NCBI GenBank assembly: GCA_044226015.1
Contig: JBGAHS010000002.1
Location: 787,435-851,434 of the forward strand
DNA length: 64,000 nucleotides
Reading direction: 5' to 3'
Source of the DNA: Candidatus Obscuribacteraceae bacterium
GTDB lineage: Bacteria > Cyanobacteriota > Vampirovibrionia > Obscuribacterales > Obscuribacteraceae
The position numbers and the translations under genes were made by a program. Of the stretch, positions 49,001 through 58,794 are shown one piece after another. The notes beneath the pieces are model-generated. The model made no database searches, was not told the origin of the DNA, and saw only the letters and a list, made by a program, of their open reading frames with translations. How positions within the stretch are numbered: the stretch's first letter is position 1; each line of letters opens with the position of its first letter.

Positions 49001-49448
49001 TGATGTTTGAAGGTTTTATATCTCGATGAACAATCTTCTTCTCGTGGGCATGTTCGACTCCACTCAGCAAATCGGAGAAGAAAGAAAAAAAGTCGGGTAG
49101 GGAAAGCTTTGATTCGTCAGCAAGAATTTCAGCCAGCGTTCTACCTTCAATATAATCCATAACCAGGTATAGTCGACCATCTGCTGTTACTCCGCTGTTA
49201 TACACGCGTGCTATTGCAGGATGCGACAAAGAAGAACATAGTGCAGCCTCCGTCTTAAACCGCTGAATAGCTAACTCACTCGTCAAAAGATGAGGGTGAA
49301 TAACTTTTACCACTATGTCACGCTCAAGAAGTAAATCTCGCGCTTTGTATGCACTGGAAGAAGCGCCTTTCCCGAGAAGCTCGCCTAAGATGTAGCGCTT
49401 ATCAAAAGACTTTTCTTGAATTTCGTCATTTTCACCTGGAGAAGACAC
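46005..49448 (-). CDS. Membrane Ser/Thr kinase with long helical/TPR-like region
   Basis: HRDIKPSN, DFG, YMSPE; transmembrane segment. Confidence 0.9.
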   Translation of the reverse strand: MSSPGENDEIQEKSFDKRYILGELLGKGASSSAYKARDLLLERDIVVKVIHPHLLTSELAIQRFKTEAALCSSLSHPAIARVYNSGVTADGRLYLVMDYIEGRTLAEILADESKLSLPDFFSFFSDLLSGVEHAHEKKIVHRDIKPSNIIVKRENGVLNAVLIDFGLAKSIEAEAQSSTNTGLLLGSAGYMSPEQCRGEKSIDQRSDIYSIGCVMSEALIGTAPFSGGTDLEVMSRHLEITQKRLGFLKKLPPSLAKLIKKCLERDAQDRYQNLAELKHDFEQCKVSKDCLKKSISDAHQDHKRSIAVLALLICCAGFFYYISSTKKARSKSPDLADVLPNRGIQKVNSRLPIRIEELTKKIGDINTKSTKANQDADQALEYIDNWEKRYAKQFDATTSDAVKALRVQQLCKLDRMDEAKVIVESLFATSFFPRASAALYAYMSRLVELRQFREAIVIYGEFEKKFPEIHREKMQQVIFLRLLGDCYMGLGDYKSAKLEYSKSWKVAQVSGDAYIANDDEIAGASRMLTACFALRDERGINECVASVDRFFENNEVGKAKADLALTRLFAVYGYTERLINHAQRARTVFKKNAMKTQLQEADRYLANQFLAAKKYAEAQKLEEEFFSIAPSVKGKVMALTMLSVNALQRGDKAAESKYIAKAFDLAKKALDKFSSGDKSQSKFDCEDAYQSAISRVIDMYSEDLQYMQALDTAEDGLKLYGKQFPEIGLFLYRKKLDLTNVLGFTNADLLSEHVKGIEELLKEMQEQPISSKQNSYILEGKAEIARLRELLFRLQNDVKMLGAVAKSFFDEYRNDIRAEPYLVEQAYVYCSALLELKQYAELKTFLNANSSLMMNVKMSNLSEWIEKSSNFVLYQISVQNYEEAQHASLASIEDLRTREPEQRWLQFRFYLLLAEVYGKTKQADKRKQCLVSLKEIGNYPLADDRAVNAILNFVWTNYLLQPDRELALYCIDIIQNSAPESLKCLGPYRKSLLYLAGNELPQRITLLKQCLTMNKQQSLGMKVFYNDVKVELAVAYTDSKQWEEAKQCLNEVRRFAVESDSHDSWQKELKIGYVDHLMGNVYAAKKDNVQAIAYYKKAIAQFAKLGNNGLNKWTGSISAAISCAQEMKDESELQKLEALKKAGVSQR

Positions 49449-52400
49449 TTAAACGATTCTCCTTTTTAATTGAAGAAGTGTTCCGAAGCTTCCCGATGTC
49501 GGCTGGAAGTCGGCGCTCCCAGGTGCGAGGACTGCGCTTGCAGATGCCGGCTGGAAGCTGGCGCTCACAGGTGTGAGGACTGCCCCAGACAGGTTCGTTT
49601 TCTTAGCGTATTTCTTGAGCGATTTTCGCAGATGCTGAAGAAGTTCAAGCGTCCGATCTTTTCCGCGAAATTCTCCAGATTTCTTAGCTAGTTCATCAGC
49701 AAGATCTAACTGTTCTTTTGCCTTTTCCACATCACCAACTTCCATAAGACTTTGAGCGAGCACCGAATAGGCACTTATCTTTATTTCACCAGGGGCAGCA
49801 GCCAGAGCCAATTTTGATTCCTCAACTGCTTGCTCAAAATTTCTTTGAGCACGAGCAATTCTTACCAACGTAGTGTGAATTCGGTATTTCCAAACATCAG
49901 CCAGAACTGGGTCTTTTTGCTTGAGTCTGTTGTTCAAAACATTTTCGGCATCGGCATAGCGCCCCATCTGAAGCAAAACTAGAGCCTGGTCAATTTCAAG
50001 ATTAGTAGGAACAGGCGTGCCATCTCTTTTGGCTTGCGTTAAAGATTTGTCCAGGCTGTTCAACGCGTCAGGCAATTTTTTCTCATATACTTTTAATTGC
50101 GAATATCGCCGCTTGCCTTCTAGAAGCAACTTTTGCCAGATGTCGGGACGTTCCGCAATTGTCTTTTCAATTTCGGCGATCAAGTCTTTAGCTTTCTCAC
50201 CGTGATTGCTTTCAAAATACGAAGTTGCGAGAACTAACTCGTCAAACAACAGTGCAGCTTCATCGATCTTTGATTGCTTCCTGAAATATAACGCTTGCTC
50301 TTCAGCTTTTATCGCCTGTTCTGGCAAACCAGCACTCGTATATACTTGAAATTCGATTTCTCGATTAATTCCAAGGAGAGTTGGTCGATCAATACCATAC
50401 CTAGCCAATTCAATGTCATCGATACTCTTCAGCATCTGTTCTGCTTCTTTTAGTAAGGCTAACCCTCGATTTGTATCAGCGTATTCTAACGCCATCTTGG
50501 ACCTTAGCGAAACGTAAATCAACTTCCTGAATGTTGTCTTAGTTCCAACAAAAGAAGACCAATCATCGAGAAATTTTATTGCCGCATTGGCACCATGTTC
50601 TACTCTTATATTTGCGGCACAAGAACCAAGGCTTTGATCTAAGAGAACAATGTCTGCGCCGGTCAATTGAACAGGACCTCTCAAAAGTGCCCGCCACTCG
50701 TTTACTATGGCCCTGTCAAAGTCCGCAACATCCTTATTCAATTTTAGAATAGTAGCATCGGCTTTCATTGCAATTAGTATCTGAATTTTCAAGTTCCTGT
50801 CAGTCACGTGGTTAAACAAGCCTCTTTCCAATTCAAGTGCTCGCCTGTTCTCATTAATTGAACGAAGCAGACTGCAATAGGGCATTACTATGGTCGCGCG
50901 TTCACCTGGAGGACATCGAGACAAAGCCATTTCGTACAAGCTCAACGAAGTCTTGGGGTCATCCTTTTGAATCTCCTGCGCCATTTCAGCAAAGGCTATG
51001 TGCTTTCCTCTCTCTTGAAATTGGTCAATCTGACTCAAATAATTTTCGAGCAGAATGTTCGCCTTTTTCTTGTCACCAGCACGTAGCAATGCAACAACAT
51101 ACCTTTTTCTCGAATCAGTACCGGTATGACCAAATTCGGTAAATTTCGAACTCATGATCTTTTCATTTTCTTCGCCCAGCCGAACAGCCTTTTGCGCATC
51201 ACCTAACTCCAGGTAACACGCGATCTCATCAGCCTTAGCTTGAACCGCGAGCTTGGGGAGTTGCGCAAATCTTTCGTCATGAACAAACTGCTCTAATTTC
51301 TTGATTCCACCGGAAAAATCACGCTTCGCTTTAAAGTAAATAAAATAGGAATCCACTACCGTCGGTGCAATTTCATTAGCGAACGAACTGGAAAGTACTC
51401 TCTTCGAATATGTTTCCATCGAGTCATAATCAAGAACCATAGCAAATTGGACAATCGCACTGGTCCACAAACTCACAGATTCTCGGTCAGCGTGCCTGCG
51501 AGAATGCTTTTCGTCCCAGCGCCGATATAGAATTCGCAACTGCTTTCCAGTTGGGTCAAGGTTCATATATTTATTGCCGAGCGCTGAAACTTTATCGGGG
51601 TCGGCCGGCAGCTCGACAAGATTTGAATCTGCAACCTCAGAGTTCTTACCCTTTTTGTCCTCTATAGCATTATCGAGAACAGCAGCCTCTTTAGCGCGGC
51701 TATTTGTTATTGCAAGGTAAGCAACAAATCCAGACAATAGCAATAAGCACAAAGCACCAACCACAATAAGTGGCGGTTTCCAGTTACGTATTTCGGTTTT
51801 GCGAGTGCAAGCAAGAAAGCTCTGCCGCAACTGAGAAATATTTTGGAATCTATCACTTCGATTTTTCTGCAGCCCCTTACGAAACAAAGGCACCATATTC
51901 GATGGCACATTTTTCAAAATATCAGAACCATCTACGGAAGCATTAACATGCTTGTACATAACGTCCAGCGATGAATCTCCTGTAAAAGGAGGTTTCCCGG
52001 TTAGCGCCTCGAACATTACGCAGGTCAACGAATAAACATCGCTCCTTTCGTCAATCTCTCTTTCGCCACGGCATTGTTCTGGACTCATATAGGCGCTTGT
52101 GCCCATAATCGCCCCTGTTGCGGTGAGGTGCTGATTCTGATTCTCAACCCATTTCACCAGCCCAAAATCAACTAACACAGCTTGCTCTTGCCCGTCTCTA
52201 GACGAAATCATGATATTACTTGGTTTGAGATCACGATGAACAACTCCAAGTTCATGAGCGTAGATCAAAGCATCGGTGAGTTGGTCGAAAATATTCAAAA
52301 ATTGTGTTGCAGATAACGTTCCTTGTTCCGCCAAAACAGAAGCCAGAGAACGCCCCGAGATGAAGTCCATTACCATGAACAAGCGACCTGCAGGAGTTGC

Positions 52401-52700
52401 TTTCAGTGCATACGATCTGCAAATACCAGCATGTTCAAGTTTTGTGGTAACGAGAGCCTCCGTTTTGAACCGCTCTATTGTTTCTTCATTTTGGCTTGCA
52501 GTTTCACCCAGAAATTTGATTGCAACTGTCCTACTCAGCAATATATCGTGTGCTTTATAAGTTTCGCCAACAGCACCTGCACCCAGAAATTCTAGAAGCT
52601 CAAATCGGCTTTCCAAAACTGTGCCAATGCCAAACTCACCCGAAGCAATTTGCGGGGAGATCGCTGCGTTTTCTTGTGCGGATGAATTGGCCTCACTCAT
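49449..52700 (-). CDS. Membrane Ser/Thr kinase with long helical/TPR-like region
   Basis: GAGAVG, HRDLKPSN, DFG, YMSPE; ATG at 52700 chosen. Confidence 0.9.
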   Translation of the reverse strand: MSEANSSAQENAAISPQIASGEFGIGTVLESRFELLEFLGAGAVGETYKAHDILLSRTVAIKFLGETASQNEETIERFKTEALVTTKLEHAGICRSYALKATPAGRLFMVMDFISGRSLASVLAEQGTLSATQFLNIFDQLTDALIYAHELGVVHRDLKPSNIMISSRDGQEQAVLVDFGLVKWVENQNQHLTATGAIMGTSAYMSPEQCRGEREIDERSDVYSLTCVMFEALTGKPPFTGDSSLDVMYKHVNASVDGSDILKNVPSNMVPLFRKGLQKNRSDRFQNISQLRQSFLACTRKTEIRNWKPPLIVVGALCLLLLSGFVAYLAITNSRAKEAAVLDNAIEDKKGKNSEVADSNLVELPADPDKVSALGNKYMNLDPTGKQLRILYRRWDEKHSRRHADRESVSLWTSAIVQFAMVLDYDSMETYSKRVLSSSFANEIAPTVVDSYFIYFKAKRDFSGGIKKLEQFVHDERFAQLPKLAVQAKADEIACYLELGDAQKAVRLGEENEKIMSSKFTEFGHTGTDSRKRYVVALLRAGDKKKANILLENYLSQIDQFQERGKHIAFAEMAQEIQKDDPKTSLSLYEMALSRCPPGERATIVMPYCSLLRSINENRRALELERGLFNHVTDRNLKIQILIAMKADATILKLNKDVADFDRAIVNEWRALLRGPVQLTGADIVLLDQSLGSCAANIRVEHGANAAIKFLDDWSSFVGTKTTFRKLIYVSLRSKMALEYADTNRGLALLKEAEQMLKSIDDIELARYGIDRPTLLGINREIEFQVYTSAGLPEQAIKAEEQALYFRKQSKIDEAALLFDELVLATSYFESNHGEKAKDLIAEIEKTIAERPDIWQKLLLEGKRRYSQLKVYEKKLPDALNSLDKSLTQAKRDGTPVPTNLEIDQALVLLQMGRYADAENVLNNRLKQKDPVLADVWKYRIHTTLVRIARAQRNFEQAVEESKLALAAAPGEIKISAYSVLAQSLMEVGDVEKAKEQLDLADELAKKSGEFRGKDRTLELLQHLRKSLKKYAKKTNLSGAVLTPVSASFQPASASAVLAPGSADFQPTSGSFGTLLQLKRRIV
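49495..49583 (-). repeat. Two REP-like direct repeats, 48-nt period, inside a kinase 3' end
   Basis: gatgtcggctggaagtcggcgctcccaggtgcgaggactgc and gatgccggctggaagctggcgctcacaggtgtgaggactgc. Confidence 0.65.
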
Positions 52701-53148
52701 ATTGCCAGGTCCTTGGGGCTCCACCCTATGTACCCAGGACTGCAGCAGGATCACCACAGAGACGACCACCCGCACCGATGAGCGCCGTAGGCGGCAGCAG
52801 CGCTGCAGCTGATAAAGAAGTCCGATAAATCTCGCGATTTCCACAAAACTCATACAGGGGAACAACCGAGTTGTCTAAATTGCGATTGTGGCTGCTAGTT
52901 GCATGATGAAGAAAGAGCTAGCATTAATCGCAATTTTGCTCCCTTTGAGCCTGCCACCCAATTTGGCTCAGGGCTTCGGCGAAATGCCAAAAGAAATTTT
53001 CGGAAGAACAGAACGCACACACGAAGAGATCAAAGCTTTCAACAGAGAATTTGAGTTGAGACAGGCACTCATGGCGAGCATGTCGATACTGATCCCGCTA
53101 AAAGGCTTTGTTATCTGGCAACGGCGCAAACAAAGGATATCGAGCTAA

Positions 53149-53517
53149 ATGAACAAAATTGTGTCACTCTTCGTTTTCGTTTGGCTGGGGCTACAAATTG
53201 CCTCTGCTCAAGGCTTGCAGGACACGAAACTGAGTCCAGATGAGATCGCAGGACGTAATCCTGTTCCCAAGCTCTTGCCTGGAAAAACAGACCAAGAGCG
53301 GTGGGACCTGGTATCGAAGAATGCGTCTAAGCTAATTGGAATGAAGCAATCGCAGTTAACAGCGTTGTTTGGGAATGGAGTCTTGACTAGAACAAACGAA
53401 ATTGCCTATCAAATCACCAAGCCTCAAAAGAGTGGAAAGTTAGCATTCATCGAGCTTAGAATTAAGCTTATCAGTGGTTCCGTATCGGAATACTCTGTAA
53501 TTGGAATTTGGCATTGA
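53149..53517 (+). CDS. Small exported hypothetical protein
   Basis: Signal peptide ending ASA; AAGGA upstream. Confidence 0.65.
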   Translation: MNKIVSLFVFVWLGLQIASAQGLQDTKLSPDEIAGRNPVPKLLPGKTDQERWDLVSKNASKLIGMKQSQLTALFGNGVLTRTNEIAYQITKPQKSGKLAFIELRIKLISGSVSEYSVIGIWH

Positions 53518-53636
53518 ATCAAAATCCGCCTGCCTCTATCGCCTTCTTTAATGTCGGATCGAGGTTCATGCGTTTGTTCAATTCGTCATGGGCCGGTCTC
53601 CAAAGAGCTGCATACTTCGGCTGAGCAAACCAAACA

Positions 53637-55697
53637 CTAGCACCTGCCGATAAATTTCGCACTCGTGGCAAGAGGGTAAAGAAGTGCTGCAAACTCGCGC
53701 CGACTGACGGCAGCAGCATCGGAAAGCGCTTGCGCAGGTTGAAACCCTAACTCCGAAAGCGTCATATGCAGCTCAGGCGCAGTAACGGGCAGATTGCCCT
53801 CCAACTCATTTTTAGCGCAGTTAAGCAACGCCTCAACAGCAGCGGTTCGTTCTGATTCTTTTCGATCCAGTTTCATCAGCCGAGAGATAGCCGTCGCAAG
53901 CTCTAACCTGCTTAGAGAATCGTCAGGGCGAAAGGATAGTGACTCAAGGTCAACAGGCATAATCTTGCAAATCGCAAGGAATTGAATTGCTGCAAAATTC
54001 TCGTCTTCAGGAGAAACATCATTAAACCAGACAATGGGCGAACCATACTCCAGCACTCGTTTCTGCAGACGGCGCATTGCAACTTTTGATTGATGCAAAC
54101 GGCGCGAATCAGTTTTTGCTGCCAACACCTCCACAGCGAACATGGCCGCAGCTTCGCCAATCGCCCACTCGATGGGATGCAGACGGTAGGCTCCGTTAGT
54201 GACATGCGTACAAGAAATATTTTTGCAAGCAGGCAAGAGATTGCGCAAATCACTTGAGACAAACGCGAATGCAGGCACCTGAAATGGCGCAGTAGACTGT
54301 GCTGCACCGGGCACATCTTGCTTTCCGTGAATATCAACCGGATAGAGACCTATACCAAGAGAGTCACTGAACCAACGCGCTCGTGCGCCAGGATTTGAAG
54401 CCTTTGTGATATCACTTTCTAGTACGAACCGCCCGGTTGAAAGTCGGCGTGATTCTCGAATGTATGGATATTTAGAGATACCATCGGCGGTGCCCATAAC
54501 ATCGCAACGAAGTTTGAACTCGGGGTAACCCCTACCACCATCATCGCGCTCCATTTCGGTCTGCATCCAATAAAGGAAGCCCAGGCTCAGGCATTTAGCG
54601 CGTGCCAGACGCTCGCACATAAGGGCTGGCTCAACATCGATTATGCTTTCCAGGCGTAAATCATTACTCTCCCAATTTATCATTGCGATATCTCGGGGGA
54701 ATTGCTTCGATGAAAACGTAGCAGCGTCGATTAAGCGACGGTACTCCCAGAAAGGCAGGTACTCAACTTCCTTGCCTTTCTCATTGATACATTTTCTGTT
54801 TTTGAACACCGCATAGCCGAGCAGGGAGAACTTGCCCTTATCTCTGAACTCCTCATAATGTGGGGGCTTGGCAATGGTGTGATTTTCGCCAGGACAAAGC
54901 TCTATCGCAAATGGGTAGGTAAAGTCCTGAACATTATCAGGGTCTGCAAATGCTGGCGCATGCTCTTCGCGGGTGGCAAAGCGCGACTCTACGCCACTAA
55001 AATAAGGAACTTCCAGCAGTGGAAAAAGGTCACCAAGTTCGGTGGCATCGAGACAAAACTTGCATCGCAACTCGGTGATTTTTCCAGTTTCAAAATTACC
55101 AAATTGAACTGCACGAATTTTGTCACCCTGAATTCGCCCAGAAAGAGCCACAGTGCGCTTAAACACTCTAAGTCTCCCAGTTCGCAAATGCGGTGCAAGC
55201 AACTCATCCAATATCTGCACAGCCACCTTAGGCTCAAACGCAAGCCGGCTTACCCAGCAATTACCCGGGTCAAGAAATTTCTCAAAGCGTGCTAATCCAT
55301 CTTTAGCACCAAGTGCCCTGTAGTGCTCGCGAATCTTGTTGCGAACTAATTTATAGGTGCGCGATGCTCCAGAAGTTTCCACAAGATAATTCTCATCCAG
55401 CGCTGAGACACCCTGGGCTGTCATCTGCCCGCCCAACCAAGATGTTTCCTCTGTCAGACACACAGTTAAACCAGCTGAGCAAGCAGCCAGAGCCGCCGCG
55501 ACACCACCCGTGCCACCACCCACAATTAGCAAATCGCATGAAACTACGCGAGGCTTGCGGCTTATTACAAACCTTTTTATGGCGTTCGCAGGTTGGTCGA
55601 TTGATACAGATTCAACGTCAACCTTCAGGAAAACTTTCCCTTGTTGGACTGCCTCAGTGGAAGAACTTTCAAGTTTTTGCATTGCTTCGACCCGCAA
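53637..55697 (-). CDS. FAD-dependent oxidoreductase with C-terminal SLH-like domain
   Basis: GGGTGG, WLGGQMT, DATELGD, YIRESRR, GAYRLHPIEW; FNDV...FRPDDSLSR. Confidence 0.88.
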   Translation of the reverse strand: MRVEAMQKLESSSTEAVQQGKVFLKVDVESVSIDQPANAIKRFVISRKPRVVSCDLLIVGGGTGGVAAALAACSAGLTVCLTEETSWLGGQMTAQGVSALDENYLVETSGASRTYKLVRNKIREHYRALGAKDGLARFEKFLDPGNCWVSRLAFEPKVAVQILDELLAPHLRTGRLRVFKRTVALSGRIQGDKIRAVQFGNFETGKITELRCKFCLDATELGDLFPLLEVPYFSGVESRFATREEHAPAFADPDNVQDFTYPFAIELCPGENHTIAKPPHYEEFRDKGKFSLLGYAVFKNRKCINEKGKEVEYLPFWEYRRLIDAATFSSKQFPRDIAMINWESNDLRLESIIDVEPALMCERLARAKCLSLGFLYWMQTEMERDDGGRGYPEFKLRCDVMGTADGISKYPYIRESRRLSTGRFVLESDITKASNPGARARWFSDSLGIGLYPVDIHGKQDVPGAAQSTAPFQVPAFAFVSSDLRNLLPACKNISCTHVTNGAYRLHPIEWAIGEAAAMFAVEVLAAKTDSRRLHQSKVAMRRLQKRVLEYGSPIVWFNDVSPEDENFAAIQFLAICKIMPVDLESLSFRPDDSLSRLELATAISRLMKLDRKESERTAAVEALLNCAKNELEGNLPVTAPELHMTLSELGFQPAQALSDAAAVSRREFAALLYPLATSAKFIGRC

Positions 55698-55862
55698 ATT
55701 GATGCCTGCAAAAGCATATCAGGGCTTCAAACAGAGGTCCACGGGGAAAGCGACTTTACACTAGAGAATTCAAATGTGTATAGATTCCAAGCTCGTGCTT
55801 TACTGTATGCATCATCGGTAAGCGTTAATGACAACCGCAGGAGCAAACCGCAGGAGTAAGCC

Positions 55863-56441
55863 ATGTCTAGCAACTATTCAGAAGAACAAATCAAAAGAGC
55901 CGCCAAAATAAAGCTCATTCTTATGGATGTTGATGGGGTGCTCACTGACGGAAAACTTTATTACTTCCCGAACTCTCAGGGCGAAATGACTGAGTTCAAG
56001 GGGTTCAACTCACATGATGGACTGGGACTGCATCTTTGCAGTTTCGCAGGCATCGGCACCGGTGTTATCAGCGGACGTAACTCTCCATCAGTGGTCGAAC
56101 GCGCGAAGATGCTAAAGATGAAATATGTCTATCAAGGGCATCTTCACAAGGTCGAGTCTTGGAACGAAATACTCGCCGATGCAAAAGTTGAAGCTGATGA
56201 AGTGGCTTACATAGGTGACGACTTCCCGGATATTCCACTCCTCCGCAAAGCAGGTCTGGCAGTGGCAGTAGCAAACGCCCGCCCCGAAGTGAAAGCTGTC
56301 TCCCATTTTGTGACAGAGCATGATGGCGGCGAGGGAGCCGTCAGAGACGCGGTGGAACTTGTGCTCAAGTCCACTGGAAACTGGGAAAATGCGATTAAAC
56401 AGTACGAAGTTCAGAAGCCTGAAGCTGTCACAGCTGTCTAA
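55863..56441 (+). CDS. kdsC: KDO 8-phosphate phosphatase (HAD family)
   Basis: MDVDGVLTDG, FNSHDG, ISGR, YIGDD, GGEGAVRD. Confidence 0.9.
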   Translation: MSSNYSEEQIKRAAKIKLILMDVDGVLTDGKLYYFPNSQGEMTEFKGFNSHDGLGLHLCSFAGIGTGVISGRNSPSVVERAKMLKMKYVYQGHLHKVESWNEILADAKVEADEVAYIGDDFPDIPLLRKAGLAVAVANARPEVKAVSHFVTEHDGGEGAVRDAVELVLKSTGNWENAIKQYEVQKPEAVTAV

Positions 56442-56533
56442 TCCTGACCCAAATGCTCCAAAAAAAGTGATGAATCAGCCCGAATTGGGAATATTGGTTG
56501 TGCAATAAACCGTTCTCATTGGGAGCCTGAACT

Positions 56534-57190
56534 ATGGGCAGACAAGAAAGGCGCGAGCGAACAGCTCTGGATGAAGCTTTTAAGTACTTCCGGGAGCTGG
56601 ACAGCGGCGCACAAGAACCTGACATTTTTCGTCTAAACAAGGCAGTCAAAACTCTATCATTCGCTCTTGCAATATCAGATGTGAGCGAGTTCAAGCTGAC
56701 AAAGCAATTGTGGAAACGTCTACATCAGGCACTTTTTGACAAATTAATCAGTAATTTCAATGGGCGCGTCGAGATTTACAACGATGACCGCTTGCCTCTC
56801 GAAATTAGAAATAAAGTCCCAGAGTCGGGTTTTCTGGTGTTCTTTCCAGAAAAATGCAAAAGAACTGACGACTTTAATGAAATCGAACTGCAGAAGCTAT
56901 ATCCAAAGACTTTTGCTGTGGTTAAGCATGTTTGGGAAGAGCGAGGCGCATTCATCAAGCCTGCAGACTTCGAAGGAGGCGATTGTAGCGGTGGTGTCTG
57001 CTATATGAAGCCGATGGTTCCGGGTCAGGAAGTTCTGACTGAGGAATCAGCAAAAGGAAGGGCGGAAGCACACAACAAATGGTGGGAGCTGTATTGGCAG
57101 GCCTATTGCTCGGGAAGCAAGAGAGACCAGGACCATCTCGCAAAACAAATGAACGAACTGGAGTCAATCTGGGGAAATCTATACTACTAA
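56534..57190 (+). CDS. Hypothetical protein
   Basis: 218 aa, GGGAG upstream, followed by a hairpin. Confidence 0.7.
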   Translation: MGRQERRERTALDEAFKYFRELDSGAQEPDIFRLNKAVKTLSFALAISDVSEFKLTKQLWKRLHQALFDKLISNFNGRVEIYNDDRLPLEIRNKVPESGFLVFFPEKCKRTDDFNEIELQKLYPKTFAVVKHVWEERGAFIKPADFEGGDCSGGVCYMKPMVPGQEVLTEESAKGRAEAHNKWWELYWQAYCSGSKRDQDHLAKQMNELESIWGNLYY

Positions 57191-57192
57191 AC

Positions 57193-57228
57193 CAAGAACC
57201 TGCAAGCTAACTTGCAGGTTCTTGTTTC
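57193..57228 (+). terminator. Intrinsic terminator
   Basis: CAAGAACCTGCAAG-ctaa-CTTGCAGGTTCTTG then TTTC. Confidence 0.75.
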
Positions 57229-57248
57229 TGCGCGAACCCAACGTGAAC

Positions 57249-58733
57249 ATGAAAGACTGGCTTAAAACAATCTGGTCCACGATGACGGGCAAAGATGCCT
57301 GGCGAGACAAATTCGAAGAAGCTTGCCGAGTCTTTCAAGAAGGTGACCCAAATACTGCAGAATCACAATTCAAAGATGCTCTAACAATTCTTGCAAACGC
57401 AAAAAAAGGCGACCCGAGGGTTTTCTCCACACTCGTCTGCCTCGGGGCTTGTTATCGGGCACTTGAGCGATATGAAGAAGCTGAAAAAGTTTTGCGCGAA
57501 GCAATTGATGCAAAAGCAAGCAACAAGAACATGAACACCAATGATAGCGCTTTTGCATACAAAGAGCTGGCATCTTGCCTTTATGAGGCTGGCAAATGCA
57601 CAGAAGTAGAAATTGAAATAAGAAAGGCGCTCGATCTTTACAAACAAGACGGCGATAAGTCTCTAGAGGAAAAAGCAGAATGCTCCCTCATTTTAGCTAG
57701 AACGCTAATAATGCAATGCAGTTACTCCGAGGCAGAACCATTTCTAGAAGAAGCGCTTGCCGTCTTCGAGAAAAGTTCTGTGGACAGAACTTTTGAAATT
57801 GCAGATTCTCTAACGTGCCAGGCAATTGCATGGAATAGACGAGCCGCGTTTCAAAATGCTGAGGAAAACTTGAGAAAAGTAATTCCAATGCATGCAAAAT
57901 TGACAGGAGAAGAGAGTCTTGAGGTTGCGCGCTGCAACACCGAGTTAGCAGCATCACTTTTGGCGCAAACAAGATTTGATGATGCAGAAAAGTGCTTTCA
58001 TGCGGCATTGAAGACAATGAAGAAGTTGGGCGCGCATACAAGCATCGATTACGCAGATGCGCTTGCGGGGCTCGCTACAGGGCTGCGCTCTCAAAGAAAA
58101 TTTGATGCCGCGATTTCATTTTATTTGCAAGCGCTCGGCATTTATGAGGAAACTTATAAACACGAGCATGATGATATTGCGACTGTCTTGACGCAGTTGG
58201 CAGTCTGCCAAAGCGAACAAGAGCAATACAAAGATGCAGAGAAATCTTTCACAAGAGCTCTGGCGATAAGTGAGCAAACTTTGGGAAAAGAGCACTCTGC
58301 AGTCGCAGACAATTTGTTCAATCTAGCAAATTGCTATAGCTTTCAAAAGCGCTATGAAGAAGCCATTCCACTCTACAAGAAAGCTCTGGACATCACAGAA
58401 AAATGCACCGGTATAGAACACCCCGACTTTGCGTCTAAGCTCACAGGGCTTGCTTACTGTTTTCAGCTTCAAGACAAATTTAGCGATGCAAAACCACTCT
58501 ACACACGCGCCCTGGAAATATGCGAGCGACTACCCGACTGCACTGAAGATGAATTGTCAGACAACCTCATTGGGTTAGCAAACTGCCACCTTGAGACTGG
58601 TGATTTCGCTGCCGCAAAACCTCTCTACCAGCGGGCACTCGAGTTCAAGCAGAACAAATTCGACCCTCGTGATCAAGAACTGGCAACTCGAATTGAATCA
58701 CTTCTGAAGAGAATGGAGCACAGCGTTGCCTAG
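57249..58733 (+). CDS. TPR protein (kinesin-light-chain-like 42-aa repeats)
   Basis: Repeats of the form AxxLxxLA...AEPLYxRALxI...GxEHP. Confidence 0.88.
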   Translation: MKDWLKTIWSTMTGKDAWRDKFEEACRVFQEGDPNTAESQFKDALTILANAKKGDPRVFSTLVCLGACYRALERYEEAEKVLREAIDAKASNKNMNTNDSAFAYKELASCLYEAGKCTEVEIEIRKALDLYKQDGDKSLEEKAECSLILARTLIMQCSYSEAEPFLEEALAVFEKSSVDRTFEIADSLTCQAIAWNRRAAFQNAEENLRKVIPMHAKLTGEESLEVARCNTELAASLLAQTRFDDAEKCFHAALKTMKKLGAHTSIDYADALAGLATGLRSQRKFDAAISFYLQALGIYEETYKHEHDDIATVLTQLAVCQSEQEQYKDAEKSFTRALAISEQTLGKEHSAVADNLFNLANCYSFQKRYEEAIPLYKKALDITEKCTGIEHPDFASKLTGLAYCFQLQDKFSDAKPLYTRALEICERLPDCTEDELSDNLIGLANCHLETGDFAAAKPLYQRALEFKQNKFDPRDQELATRIESLLKRMEHSVA

Positions 58734-58794
58734 CGCCTCAACCACGGATTTTCATGGCGGCGGTGCCAGGATCCGAACCCGTCCTCTGTATTCT

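Noticed and set aside
52888..53148. 86-aa ORF with signal-like start
   Set aside because: No recognisable domain and an odd C-terminus; it may be a fragment, so it was not called.
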